Positions 40,401 to 48,360 of a stretch of 64,000 bases of DNA are shown here, piece after piece. A program made the translations under genes and the position numbers. Below the pieces are notes generated by a model. That model had not been told where the DNA came from, searched no databases, and saw nothing but the letters and a program-made list of their open reading frames with translations. Source of the stretch: a virus (taxonomy: Duplodnaviria; Caudoviricetes); the IMG/VR virus record IMGVR_UViG_3300033075_000275, positions 1 to 64,000 of that record; one strand, given 5' to 3'. Positions within the stretch are counted from its first letter, which is position 1; each line of letters begins with the position of its first letter.

Positions 40401-41087
40401 CGCAGAGGCTGCGGTAAGCGCAGGCCAATACTCGTACTCATCACTGCCTGGTGCAGTTTCGATCCACACGCCAGGACAGTAGGTGTTTGCACCACCACCG
40501 TTGGTAGGTATTTGGAGTACCTGTCCAACTGATCCACTAGTATTGTCTAGATAGAACCAATCACCACGAACCTGATGCCCGGTTCCCTTTCGGGACACTG
40601 TAATTGCAGTTGATTGATCCTGAACGACCTCGATCCAACCAGTTACATCTGCTCCGGTAGCACTAGCACCGATACCAGACAAGGCACCCGCTGTGTAGGC
40701 CCCACCGGTTACTTCACGCAATTTTATGAATCCGTCTGCTGGCATAGCGCCACCGGCAGCACTAGGAGCAGATGTTAATGTATCCCATACACCAAGAAGG
40801 TATCCTGACACTCCGCCCTGCGTAATAGACGTACCAATCGACGGAACATTCCCAGTTCCAGTATTATATGGCAGCCAGCGTACATTTCTTCCATCAATAA
40901 GGATTCCACCACCGAGGGTGGCAGAAACAGTTTGGGCTCCAAGCGATCCCGTCATGGATGCAGGACTTCCAGCGTGCCAACGTGTGTCAGTACGTATTGT
41001 TAGTTTTCCACCGTTGCATGTCCAAGCCTCACCGGCTGCTCTAGCCGTACCATCGTCAAGATATGTGTCTACTGTGATTGTAGCCAT
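37401..41087 (-). CDS. large tailspike/adhesin-like protein with four ~55-aa repeats and probable beta-helix
   Basis: Repeats of TY.W..NV.TV...AHG...GD.V.LDF.SG...DG.YT; central region with parallel beta-helix-like periodicity. Confidence 0.6.
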   Translation of the reverse strand: MATITVDTYLDDGTARAAGEAWTCNGGKLTIRTDTRWHAGSPASMTGSLGAQTVSATLGGGILIDGRNVRWLPYNTGTGNVPSIGTSITQGGVSGYLLGVWDTLTSAPSAAGGAMPADGFIKLREVTGGAYTAGALSGIGASATGADVTGWIEVVQDQSTAITVSRKGTGHQVRGDWFYLDNTSGSVGQVLQIPTNGGGANTYCPGVWIETAPGSDEYEYWPALTAASANGWLHTHLGGPAGGTDRRQRFVKDLGSGQLQIGQSYSVSGTYLAWTQSGTYNWANNILTVTITGHALNAGETLYFDFTSGSGVDGTYTIETVTGANNFTVAMPGAGTSGNVSVSRLRCSLTAHGMSLGNKVALDFTSGAGVDGTYTILHTAVTDYFYVDTGIGTSDTGNVTMNVTIGDVPPAGCKVRIPNVIMRQCTTAARATNARPHATHTSRPTFTTTGAGTIDHEYAYSDWYYNFSQPYSIRLRHVAAGYDAMAISECATAIDMLDGGVSMNQALDLVTFTLTSCFAGGTIEGWKFFRGNTPGTNDHAVTLSLCAGQTFINCEAGIIQFARSSGVSWNVSLCRNLTFTDCRGINGGAFTMTTCANIEVNDYDHVDRFIGRTNVTSATYAFAIITKCADIAIKGVTCGYSNTVSDVHPYAGFFNVTSCDRITMRNVGTRTTPLSSATVNTAQPASIYVSGGNNSSIKLQRCYLNSIRTSLITDTNTDKNVIYESVSARSLSTNLAYTLTVAALNATVKGCYAPTLTTAANASVYGTHIWDCFTYWFRRASTYTWSGNVVTVSFTAHGYVVGDKVYLDFTSGGATASGVYTVRSSAANSFTVDLAGSGTAGNCISWRHLTSTPTDLLTTQGRLHFPMNEATTETSSYVTLAGSAQFTSTPSLSLPAANDEAVIESPYTIIGHSAFPNIPAIITGAPVSQASTYTWSAGVVTVTFTAHGLIAGDQVFLDASSGTLPDGLYTIATVPTANTYTISLVGSGTSGNCTAFRLVRVEYKIDTGTGYNASWRNLVLYKVGCAVTSGSATVTMVSTAGIAAGDYVYAPGVKPDVTVQSIDSATQITLSQTADVTNSNQQLIFNRLPTETISASTGFGLKIRITADTPGKTMGLTYITIPTSTTAASQDNLYPLDTVEANLQLYGLSTGSEIHVYRTSDGLELAGTEGTIGSTFDYAYTWTGSDVNVFITVIKVGYQWIRYDNQILGSAGLTIPVFQSIDRNYKNP

Positions 41088-41530
41088 TATGGACCGTATA
41101 CGAGCAAGGCACGGCTATCCCATGCATGGGTAAACTCAGCCGTACCGCCCGCCCAATCAACTTTTGTGCTAGAGCCACTTTCGGTGATCCTGCGTATACG
41201 CCAAAATGATTGGCTGGTCGCCGTGCCGGGAGCGGCCTGGCCAACATACGTAATGCCTGGTGTACTCATATCAACTTCTACGTCATATACCATTTCTTCC
41301 TCCGAAGTCGGCGCCTCTATGATTATTGGCTTGCCGGTGATCATATCCATCGTGTATTCGTAAGCGTAGATAACTAGATTATCTCCATTTACAATTTCTA
41401 TCTCTTCACCGTCGAATTCGTTGAACAGCATGAACGCTATCGGTTCTTCTACAGACAGAAATGTCTGGATGCTGTCAGTATCCTCAAATTCGACGGTTAC
41501 CAGCGAACCATCTACTAGAAGGTCATCCAT
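41087..41530 (-). CDS. hypothetical virion protein
   Basis: TYVGQAAPGTATSQSFWRIRRI motif resembling small phage structural proteins. Confidence 0.5.
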   Translation of the reverse strand: MDDLLVDGSLVTVEFEDTDSIQTFLSVEEPIAFMLFNEFDGEEIEIVNGDNLVIYAYEYTMDMITGKPIIIEAPTSEEEMVYDVEVDMSTPGITYVGQAAPGTATSQSFWRIRRITESGSSTKVDWAGGTAEFTHAWDSRALLVYGP

Positions 41531-41898
41531 GTCGAACTCTCCTTTACTAACACCTTCCCGTCAAGGGGGCATAGCGTTGGTGAGTCATCTTTGTATAGGA
41601 ATAAATCAAAATAACCAACTCTAAATCTGAACTCTTTTGTCACTATATCGTCTATCTCAACAGCCACGGAGCCCTCCAAAGCATTTATGGTTATAGAGCC
41701 TCCCTGATCATACTCAGAGTCAAGAAAAGTATCAATATGACAGTATATTGGTGAAAACTCCGATCCGGCCTGTTTCCGTATCTGTAGGACAGCATTATAT
41801 CCAGTAAGCACAAAGGGCGACCCATCGGAATTCTTCAACCTCAATGAAAACCGATATGTCGCCCCTTGCTTTACTATAAGATTAACAGTCTTTGCCAT
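41515..41898 (-). CDS. Ig-like virion adaptor protein
   Basis: NLIVKQGATY..DG.PF.LTGYNAVLQIRK..G...V pattern. Confidence 0.55.
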   Translation of the reverse strand: MAKTVNLIVKQGATYRFSLRLKNSDGSPFVLTGYNAVLQIRKQAGSEFSPIYCHIDTFLDSEYDQGGSITINALEGSVAVEIDDIVTKEFRFRVGYFDLFLYKDDSPTLCPLDGKVLVKESSTWMTF

Positions 41899-41933
41899 GT
41901 TGACATTATATCAACATGACGGAAAAGATGCAA

Positions 41934-42551
41934 CTATCTAGGACCCGCGAAAACTCTCGCTGGCCGAATACCTCTAGGCACAACTATCTTCTCACCTGGC
42001 TTGGCCTGGCGAGTATTTAACCATGGGTTGTATGACACGATCCTGGCTGCACTGGTACCTAGTTGAGCAGCAATTAGTCCCGGCCCAATTGGGGTTCTAC
42101 CCTCGACCTTTACGGTGATATGAGCAACTCCACCATTTTCTACCCATGGGGCTGCTACTACGGCTAAGGCCTTTGCTTCAAGATACGCTGGTGTCTGATC
42201 CCGCCAGGCGTACCATGCAGACCAGTTGGTACCCTTTCTGGAAAGTTCATATGTCTTTTCACCACAAATCCATGGATTATATGCCTGTGCGTCGGTAACA
42301 TATGGCTCATCTGATTGCTCATATCCTTCTGGACCGTGCCAGTATTTAGATATCTGCCATAAACCACGATCCTCTGATGGTTTTCCGTTGGCCATTAGAC
42401 TATTTGTAAATTGCTCTGAATCAAACGACGACTCTCCGCCAGCGACCGCAACTGCTTCAACTAGGGCATTGCCCCTGAATCCAGCATTATATGCCACGAA
42501 TGCCACTTGTTTTGATGATAGGTAAAACTTTGGATAATATAATATCTTCAT
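41934..42551 (-). CDS. lysozyme-like transglycosylase with C-terminal LysM-like domain
   Basis: AGF.G..LVEAVAVAGGESS..DRGLWQI; GGAGGTG RBS supports start 42551. Confidence 0.8.
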   Translation of the reverse strand: MKILYYPKFYLSSKQVAFVAYNAGFRGNALVEAVAVAGGESSFDSEQFTNSLMANGKPSEDRGLWQISKYWHGPEGYEQSDEPYVTDAQAYNPWICGEKTYELSRKGTNWSAWYAWRDQTPAYLEAKALAVVAAPWVENGGVAHITVKVEGRTPIGPGLIAAQLGTSAARIVSYNPWLNTRQAKPGEKIVVPRGIRPARVFAGPR

Positions 42552-42555
42552 TGTT

Positions 42556-43155
42556 TCACCTCCTGGGTCCAGCATAAACTGGAACTGCTTTTACATCTAA
42601 CGGAAGTACGAGTACAGTACCAGGCTTGATCCTGGCTGGTAACCCGCCATTAAATACATCGAATCGCGCCAGGCTCATTCCTAGTTGCTTGGCCGCTGCA
42701 CTATGAGTAACGGGGGTCCTTCCAATGACGGTTGTGTAATGACGGCGTGGATTCACGGCTTCGCTCTTTAGATTAATTGATCCGCTGGGAGTCCAATCAA
42801 CCCATCCACGGAATCTATATCCCCATGCGTCCTCAAATGTGTTCCATCTCACAACATCAATCTTCCCGCGCCTTAGAATATCATTAGAATACACGTAACC
42901 ATTGTCAATGGCGAATGTGACATGGCCATATCCATATGACGTTGGGCCATAATACACTAACGATCCTGCTGGTGGTGGGGTTGAAGAATGCTTATGGTTC
43001 GACGGAATAGCATTATAGGCAAGGCGGGCGCTGGCAGCCCAGGCGTCGGCGCCCACGCATTGTCTAGAGAATGCCTGACATAAATTATCCCAACTCTGAG
43101 TCGGGTGGCGGCGCTGGCCTTCTGCGAAGGCAACTGCCTGACTATACGTTCTCAT
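42556..43155 (-). CDS. endolysin, CHAP/NlpC-P60-like peptidase with LysM-like C-terminus
   Basis: NLCQAFSR (Cys) and YGHV (His) catalytic motifs. Confidence 0.78.
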   Translation of the reverse strand: MRTYSQAVAFAEGQRRHPTQSWDNLCQAFSRQCVGADAWAASARLAYNAIPSNHKHSSTPPPAGSLVYYGPTSYGYGHVTFAIDNGYVYSNDILRRGKIDVVRWNTFEDAWGYRFRGWVDWTPSGSINLKSEAVNPRRHYTTVIGRTPVTHSAAAKQLGMSLARFDVFNGGLPARIKPGTVLVLPLDVKAVPVYAGPRR

Positions 43156-43225
43156 CCTCATCCTCTTCTATGTCCGGTAGTACCGGAGCATAATCATCTT
43201 GTATTTCTTCTACTGGCTGAGTCAT
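43142..43225 (-). CDS. 27-aa acidic micropeptide
   Basis: MTQPVEEIQDDYAPVLPDIEEDEDENV; overlaps lysin start. Confidence 0.4.
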   Translation of the reverse strand: MTQPVEEIQDDYAPVLPDIEEDEDENV

Positions 43226-43227
43226 GC

Positions 43228-43278
43228 TTATCCACCTGATTTCTTTTTCTTCGGCTTGCTCTTAGGCTTGCACGCCAT
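43228..43278 (-). CDS. 16-aa Lys-rich micropeptide
   Basis: MACKPKSKPKKKKSGG with GGGGAG RBS. Confidence 0.4.
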   Translation of the reverse strand: MACKPKSKPKKKKSGG

Positions 43279-43298
43279 GTTATGCTCCCCTGATTTTG

Positions 43299-45236
43299 TC
43301 ATACTGCGGAATCCTCCGCTTGTGTCAAATCTATGATATCACAACTTCCGGCAACACAGGCAAGTTCCTGTGATCCAGTCGTCATATCCTCAGTCTCATA
43401 CAGCGAGAGAGCATCCCATTGAATCGTCTTAGGTGTTCTGGCAACCCACTCGTCATATTCTTCTCTGGTTATCTCGATATATGGAGCCTGCTGATATACA
43501 TGATCATCATATGGAAGGAAGGAGATTCCACCAACATCGTCCCAATTCTCATTCACCCAGGCCGCTACGTCCAGCCATTCATTTTCTCTGACGTTGACGG
43601 TGATGCTTGGATTGTGTTCTGTCCAGAACTTCTTATATGTTTTCCAGATATTCAAGTGTTCTATAGCGGTCAGATCAGCCCTGGTGATAGAACCTTCCGG
43701 GGCTGCCTTCGGGAAATAGAACACGGTCGCACTAGTCGGACGCATCACATCAGGCTCCCAATAAACGCCAGAATCCTTCAAGAACACCGTCAGCGGGTCC
43801 TTGTTGTCTGCTCGTACTGTACGAATGTAATACTGTGAGTGCCATGGATGCATACCGCTGCTGACCCCGGCCAACTGGCTTACCGTGCCGGAAGGCTTTA
43901 CAGTGGTGATTGCGGCTGACGTTGGAATGCCGAGCAGCCCCGCCCATTCCTCATTTGTTGAGATTGCAACAGACTTTAAACTTGACAATGTATTTTCTAG
44001 TTCAGAAAGTCCATTATGTCCATTTAGTAACTTGTTGCCGAATTGTCCAGTAAGTGAAACTCCGAGGAGACGTTCTTCCTCGGTGTTATCACGCCAAATC
44101 TTACGAATATACTTGAAATTGGTGAGCGTTGATTGCCAAGTTCCAAGAATCGTCGTCAGTTCTACTTTTCTTTTAAGACTGACAGCATCGTCAGATTCCT
44201 TGACGATAACCTCCGAGAGATTACAGAACTGATAGGCTCTGAGGTTAATCTCTCCACAAGGATTTGTTCCAGCAATCTTGGTTCCATCGCGGCGCGGGGC
44301 GCTGCGCTGAGCCATCTCCCTATTGAAAATGCCACGTTCGCCAGACTTAGATTCATATAGGTTTCCCCACTCTCTGATAAATTGCCCGGTGCTTGGCTTT
44401 GTTGTATATACTGCTGAATTGTTTGCAAGACTACGTTGACTGTTGATGTTCCACCAAGCACCAGACTTCGCCTTCGCCATCTCAAAATCTTCAAGATCAG
44501 ATAGTGAAATCATTGCTGATCTACGCACCCCGCCGACCACGACAACCTCACCGATCTTGCACATTAGATCATGCGCCTCGATTGGCTTCAATTGACGCCC
44601 GGCTGCGGCCTTGAATGTCTTTACTGCAAACTTGAATAGATCGACCAGTGGTTCCGGTCCAGACGCGCGACCTCCGAACGTTTCCAGCCTAGCCCCAGCA
44701 GGCCTGACGCGAGAAACGTCCCACTCTGGAATCTGGCCCTGCCATAGCAAAGCCAGTAATTCTCTTAGGCCCCTAGCCCAACCGGCCTTTGAATCCTCGA
44801 TCACCAATGTTGTATTTGTCTGCTCAAAATGTTCGTTGACCACTGGAAGTTTCTCGATGTACTGAGATTCAACTGAGAATCCAACTCCGGTTCCACACAT
44901 CAGAATATACATTGCTTCATCAAATGATCTTGGGCTGTCCACCGGAATGAATGAACAGTTGTATGCTGCAACATGATCACGGGCCAGGGCGGGTCCAGCG
45001 GTCATAATGGCACGCATGGAGGGAACGATATCTCTGTTGAAGATCGCCGCCCTGATTTCTTCAACGAGGCTGCGGTCGATAGCCACGCCATAATTCTTTT
45101 CTACGTGCTTGACCATGAAATCGACATAACGATCCACGGACTCGCCCCACGTCTCACGGCGATTTTCTGCTTTAAGCCATCTTGCGTACCTGCTAACGGC
45201 AATAAAGTTTTCGAACGGTGTTTCAATGCTTGACAT
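43299..45236 (-). CDS. nrdJ: class II (adenosylcobalamin-dependent) ribonucleotide reductase
   Basis: YNCSF, GTNPCGEI, TTVKPSGTVSQL, C-terminal ACVAGSC. Confidence 0.93.
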   Translation of the reverse strand: MSSIETPFENFIAVSRYARWLKAENRRETWGESVDRYVDFMVKHVEKNYGVAIDRSLVEEIRAAIFNRDIVPSMRAIMTAGPALARDHVAAYNCSFIPVDSPRSFDEAMYILMCGTGVGFSVESQYIEKLPVVNEHFEQTNTTLVIEDSKAGWARGLRELLALLWQGQIPEWDVSRVRPAGARLETFGGRASGPEPLVDLFKFAVKTFKAAAGRQLKPIEAHDLMCKIGEVVVVGGVRRSAMISLSDLEDFEMAKAKSGAWWNINSQRSLANNSAVYTTKPSTGQFIREWGNLYESKSGERGIFNREMAQRSAPRRDGTKIAGTNPCGEINLRAYQFCNLSEVIVKESDDAVSLKRKVELTTILGTWQSTLTNFKYIRKIWRDNTEEERLLGVSLTGQFGNKLLNGHNGLSELENTLSSLKSVAISTNEEWAGLLGIPTSAAITTVKPSGTVSQLAGVSSGMHPWHSQYYIRTVRADNKDPLTVFLKDSGVYWEPDVMRPTSATVFYFPKAAPEGSITRADLTAIEHLNIWKTYKKFWTEHNPSITVNVRENEWLDVAAWVNENWDDVGGISFLPYDDHVYQQAPYIEITREEYDEWVARTPKTIQWDALSLYETEDMTTGSQELACVAGSCDIIDLTQAEDSAV

Positions 45237-45302
45237 AAATCCTCCTACCGCTAGCGCGGCTTTTCTTTAAAGTGTGTTTCCTTCTAGTATAGCACCGGGT
45301 TT

Positions 45303-46301
45303 TCATGGGATAGAAAGTTGTGAGAATCTTTTGACCAGCGGCCTGAATGCTGCTTCCGTCAATCTGTCCCAATCATATGTCTCATGCACGGCTGGCGCCT
45401 GTGCGTAGAACATATTTGCATAATGAGTGTAGTTATCAGCCACAGTACGCATCAATGTCACAAGATGGTCGGTGGACGGCTCGCACATTTTCCCGGGATG
45501 TTCTTTTGGCCATCTACTGTTCGCTGGCCTGGAATCAATACCAAGATCAAGTAGGTAGTCCGAGTAAGCCGCCCAGGCAGCGGTGCAGATCACCGGCATT
45601 CCGGTCGCCAATCCCTGCAATGGGATGAAGCCGAAGCCCTCTCCCCATGAAGGATACACCAGAACGTCATGCATATGATACAAACTCAATAATTCTTCCT
45701 GCGAAACCTCTTCCGTGATCAATTTGATATTTGGGGCGGAGGTTATCGGGCCGAGGATACTTCCGTAATGATCATATAGTCTGGTTGTGTTAACGTCATG
45801 GGCTTTGATCGTCAGACTTACATCTGATCTGTTGCCGAATGCTTTTCTGAAAGCATTTACTGTGGTTTGCCCGCCCTTGCGGCTGGCTGGCTCTCCGATG
45901 TGCAGGAATCTTATCCTTGTATCAGGCTCGCGTAGTTGTGGAGTCCAAAATTCCTCAATACCATGCTCGTAGACTTTAATGGGAACAGATACTCCGTTGT
46001 TCCTAAATACATCAGCACACCAGGGGGAGGTAGTCCAAAATTCATCAAGGTTATTGATTTCAGGCAGCCAGGTATCAGGCAATTCGGTGGACTCCCATGG
46101 AGTGTATCCAATCTTGTACTGATTCTCGTAGAAGAAATAGTATTCCGGTTGGACGAACGACAGTTGCACCAGAGCGGTCGGGTCCTCTAGTACGACCTTA
46201 TGACCAATTCTCTGTAATGCACGTATGATATTGTAACCAGCATAACCATATCCTACACTAGTGTTATAGTTACCAGGATCAGTAGAGTAAGATACTTTCA
46301 T
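45303..46301 (-). CDS. glycosyltransferase, GT-B fold (GT4/Glycos_transf_1-like)
   Basis: RKGG..YPSWGEGFGFIPLQGLATGMPVI. Confidence 0.88.
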   Translation of the reverse strand: MKVSYSTDPGNYNTSVGYGYAGYNIIRALQRIGHKVVLEDPTALVQLSFVQPEYYFFYENQYKIGYTPWESTELPDTWLPEINNLDEFWTTSPWCADVFRNNGVSVPIKVYEHGIEEFWTPQLREPDTRIRFLHIGEPASRKGGQTTVNAFRKAFGNRSDVSLTIKAHDVNTTRLYDHYGSILGPITSAPNIKLITEEVSQEELLSLYHMHDVLVYPSWGEGFGFIPLQGLATGMPVICTAAWAAYSDYLLDLGIDSRPANSRWPKEHPGKMCEPSTDHLVTLMRTVADNYTHYANMFYAQAPAVHETYDWDRLTEAAFRPLVKRFSQLSIP

Positions 46302-46389
46302 TATGTACTTCCTATTATGATATAAATACTATCTTCTTCTAGTATAAAGAACATCGTAGCACAGGTTGCGCCATGATACAATTAGTTCC

Positions 46390-46626
46390 ATGAGAATCCA
46401 ATTGATTAACGCCTACCTAAATTTGATGGATGAGGGCAAGGCACCGCTCGTCCGCTGTGGAAGTGACGTAAATCACCCTCGCGTCCAGGCCAGATTGACC
46501 GATACAGAGGAAATTGAACTCTGGTGCCTCGCCTGTAACTGGAAAATGAGGCCGGGAGTGCATACCTACGAGTCAATGAGACAGATTTTAGGCCTGTACG
46601 ACGTGAGATGGCTCACATTCGTTTAG
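46390..46626 (+). CDS. hypothetical Zn-ribbon-like protein
   Basis: CGSD..ELWCLACNW; extended -10 TGA-TACAAT 7 nt upstream. Confidence 0.55.
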   Translation: MRIQLINAYLNLMDEGKAPLVRCGSDVNHPRVQARLTDTEEIELWCLACNWKMRPGVHTYESMRQILGLYDVRWLTFV

Positions 46627-46663
46627 CGTTGCCCTAGAGAAAAAATGATGCTAGACTAGTCGG

Positions 46664-47224
46664 ATGGCTAAATTTAGCAAGGTAGCAACCCCCGTTGTAG
46701 CCCTTCTTGCGACCATCGTAATATTTATTGCGATGTTCGTATCGGTACCTACAGCCCAGGGTAGCACCCCAGTAAATCAAACCACCGCTATGATAGATGA
46801 CTCTGCTAAGCCTGTTCCGCCGAGGCCCGCGCCTCGCGCTAGCAGGGCTCAAATCAGAGCAGCGGTATTCCCCAATTTGCACAAGGCTTCACCAGCAAGA
46901 TCGAAAGCCTATGCAAAGTTCTATATCAATTGGAGATACAAGTGGGGATATGAACAATTCAAGTGCTTGGTTCCTCTTTGGGAGCGCGAGAGCGGTTGGA
47001 CATATAATTCATATGATCCGGCCCAGGGAAATCGTATGGCTGGTGGTGTCCGTAGAACGTGGGGCATCCCCCAGGCCAATCCCGGCACAAAAATGGCTAG
47101 CGAAGGAAAAGACTGGCGGACCAACACGGCCACCCAAATAAGGTGGGGTGCCAAATATATCAAAAAAACCTATAAAACACCGTGCAATGCGCTAGCCTTT
47201 TGGAATAACCACCATTGGTACTAG
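46664..47224 (+). CDS. membrane-anchored lytic transglycosylase (SLT/Rpf-like)
   Basis: N-terminal TM; CLVPLWERESGW..GIPQA..TQIRWGAKYIKKTY..C.AL.FW...HWY. Confidence 0.88.
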   Translation: MAKFSKVATPVVALLATIVIFIAMFVSVPTAQGSTPVNQTTAMIDDSAKPVPPRPAPRASRAQIRAAVFPNLHKASPARSKAYAKFYINWRYKWGYEQFKCLVPLWERESGWTYNSYDPAQGNRMAGGVRRTWGIPQANPGTKMASEGKDWRTNTATQIRWGAKYIKKTYKTPCNALAFWNNHHWY

Positions 47225-47245
47225 GAGTATGATATACATAGATGT

Positions 47246-47869
47246 ATGACACTACATCGTACATCTAAGTCTTGTGAATGGTGTGGGGCCTTGTTCCATA
47301 AAACTATAGAAAGAGACAGACATCAATTCAGTTTAAAGAAATTTTGCTCTAGAGAATGCCGCCGGGCTGCCAGAAAAACTATTGTTAGGCAAAATGGAAA
47401 CCCTGGCGAGTATTGTCTCTGTGGTTGTGGCAACAAGGCCCCCATCGCAAAAACATCATCTGTAAGAGATCAAACAATCAGGGGAATGCCAGCACGTTAC
47501 TTGCCCGGTCACGCTACCAGGCATAAGGCTGTAAAAACAGGCGGAATTGGAAAGTATGGATATGGTCGCTATTTAAACGGCCAGGGATATATTATGCTAC
47601 TGGTTTCCAGCATCCCGGCTGAGGATAGACTTTTAGTTGGTAATATGATCGCAAATTATGCTGATAAACAGTGCGTGCTTGAACATAGATACGTTATGGC
47701 AAAATATATCGGTAGACCCCTCGTGGATGGAGAAAACGTTCACCATAAAAATGGTAGACGAGACGACAACTCTATTGAAAATTTAGAACTCTGGAGAAAT
47801 AGTCAGCCCAAGGGTCAGAGAGTCCAAGACGTTTATCCTACCTGTCATGGCTCTGGACTGGTGGATTAG
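47246..47869 (+). CDS. HNH homing endonuclease with N-terminal Cys motifs
   Basis: LEHRYVMAKYIGRPL..ENVHHKNGRRDDNSIENLELW. Confidence 0.88.
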   Translation: MTLHRTSKSCEWCGALFHKTIERDRHQFSLKKFCSRECRRAARKTIVRQNGNPGEYCLCGCGNKAPIAKTSSVRDQTIRGMPARYLPGHATRHKAVKTGGIGKYGYGRYLNGQGYIMLLVSSIPAEDRLLVGNMIANYADKQCVLEHRYVMAKYIGRPLVDGENVHHKNGRRDDNSIENLELWRNSQPKGQRVQDVYPTCHGSGLVD

Positions 47870-47908
47870 AGTGTGCTATCCTAGGGGCAGGACTCTTGGA
47901 GGAAGTTA

Positions 47909-48154
47909 GTGAAAGATGAAGTAGCGGTATATGTAAAATATATCAGTGGTGAAATACAGGAAGAAACAACCGTATTGTCAAGCACGTATATGCCAAAGTC
48001 GGGAATGTATGTGTTTACTATTCTAGGCAACGACATGAGAATTCAAATTAGGACGGAGGCGTTCACTATATCCAAATTATTAGATGGAGCGGGGCTCCTC
48101 CACCCGCTCGACCAAGAGATTGCAGAGTTACTTTATGGAGAGAGAATTTTATGA
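47909..48154 (+). CDS. hypothetical protein
   Basis: GGAGG RBS; coupled to next ORF. Confidence 0.5.
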   Translation: MKDEVAVYVKYISGEIQEETTVLSSTYMPKSGMYVFTILGNDMRIQIRTEAFTISKLLDGAGLLHPLDQEIAELLYGERIL

Positions 48155-48360
48155 GGCCGGATAAAGAGGAAGAACTACGAGTCATAGACCAGCAGATAAA
48201 TACTGCTGAGAACAGTATTGCTGCACTACAGGCCCGTATCCTTGCGAAGAACAAGGAACTACAGCATTTCCAGCGAGAAATGTGGTCGATGATCATTGAC
48301 TACAATGAGCAGATGGGACGACTAATAGCAAGACGTAAGGGGATTCTAAATGAAGATTGA
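48151..48360 (+). CDS. coiled-coil hypothetical protein
   Basis: Heptad pattern; overlaps neighbours. Confidence 0.5.
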   Translation: MRPDKEEELRVIDQQINTAENSIAALQARILAKNKELQHFQREMWSMIIDYNEQMGRLIARRKGILNED

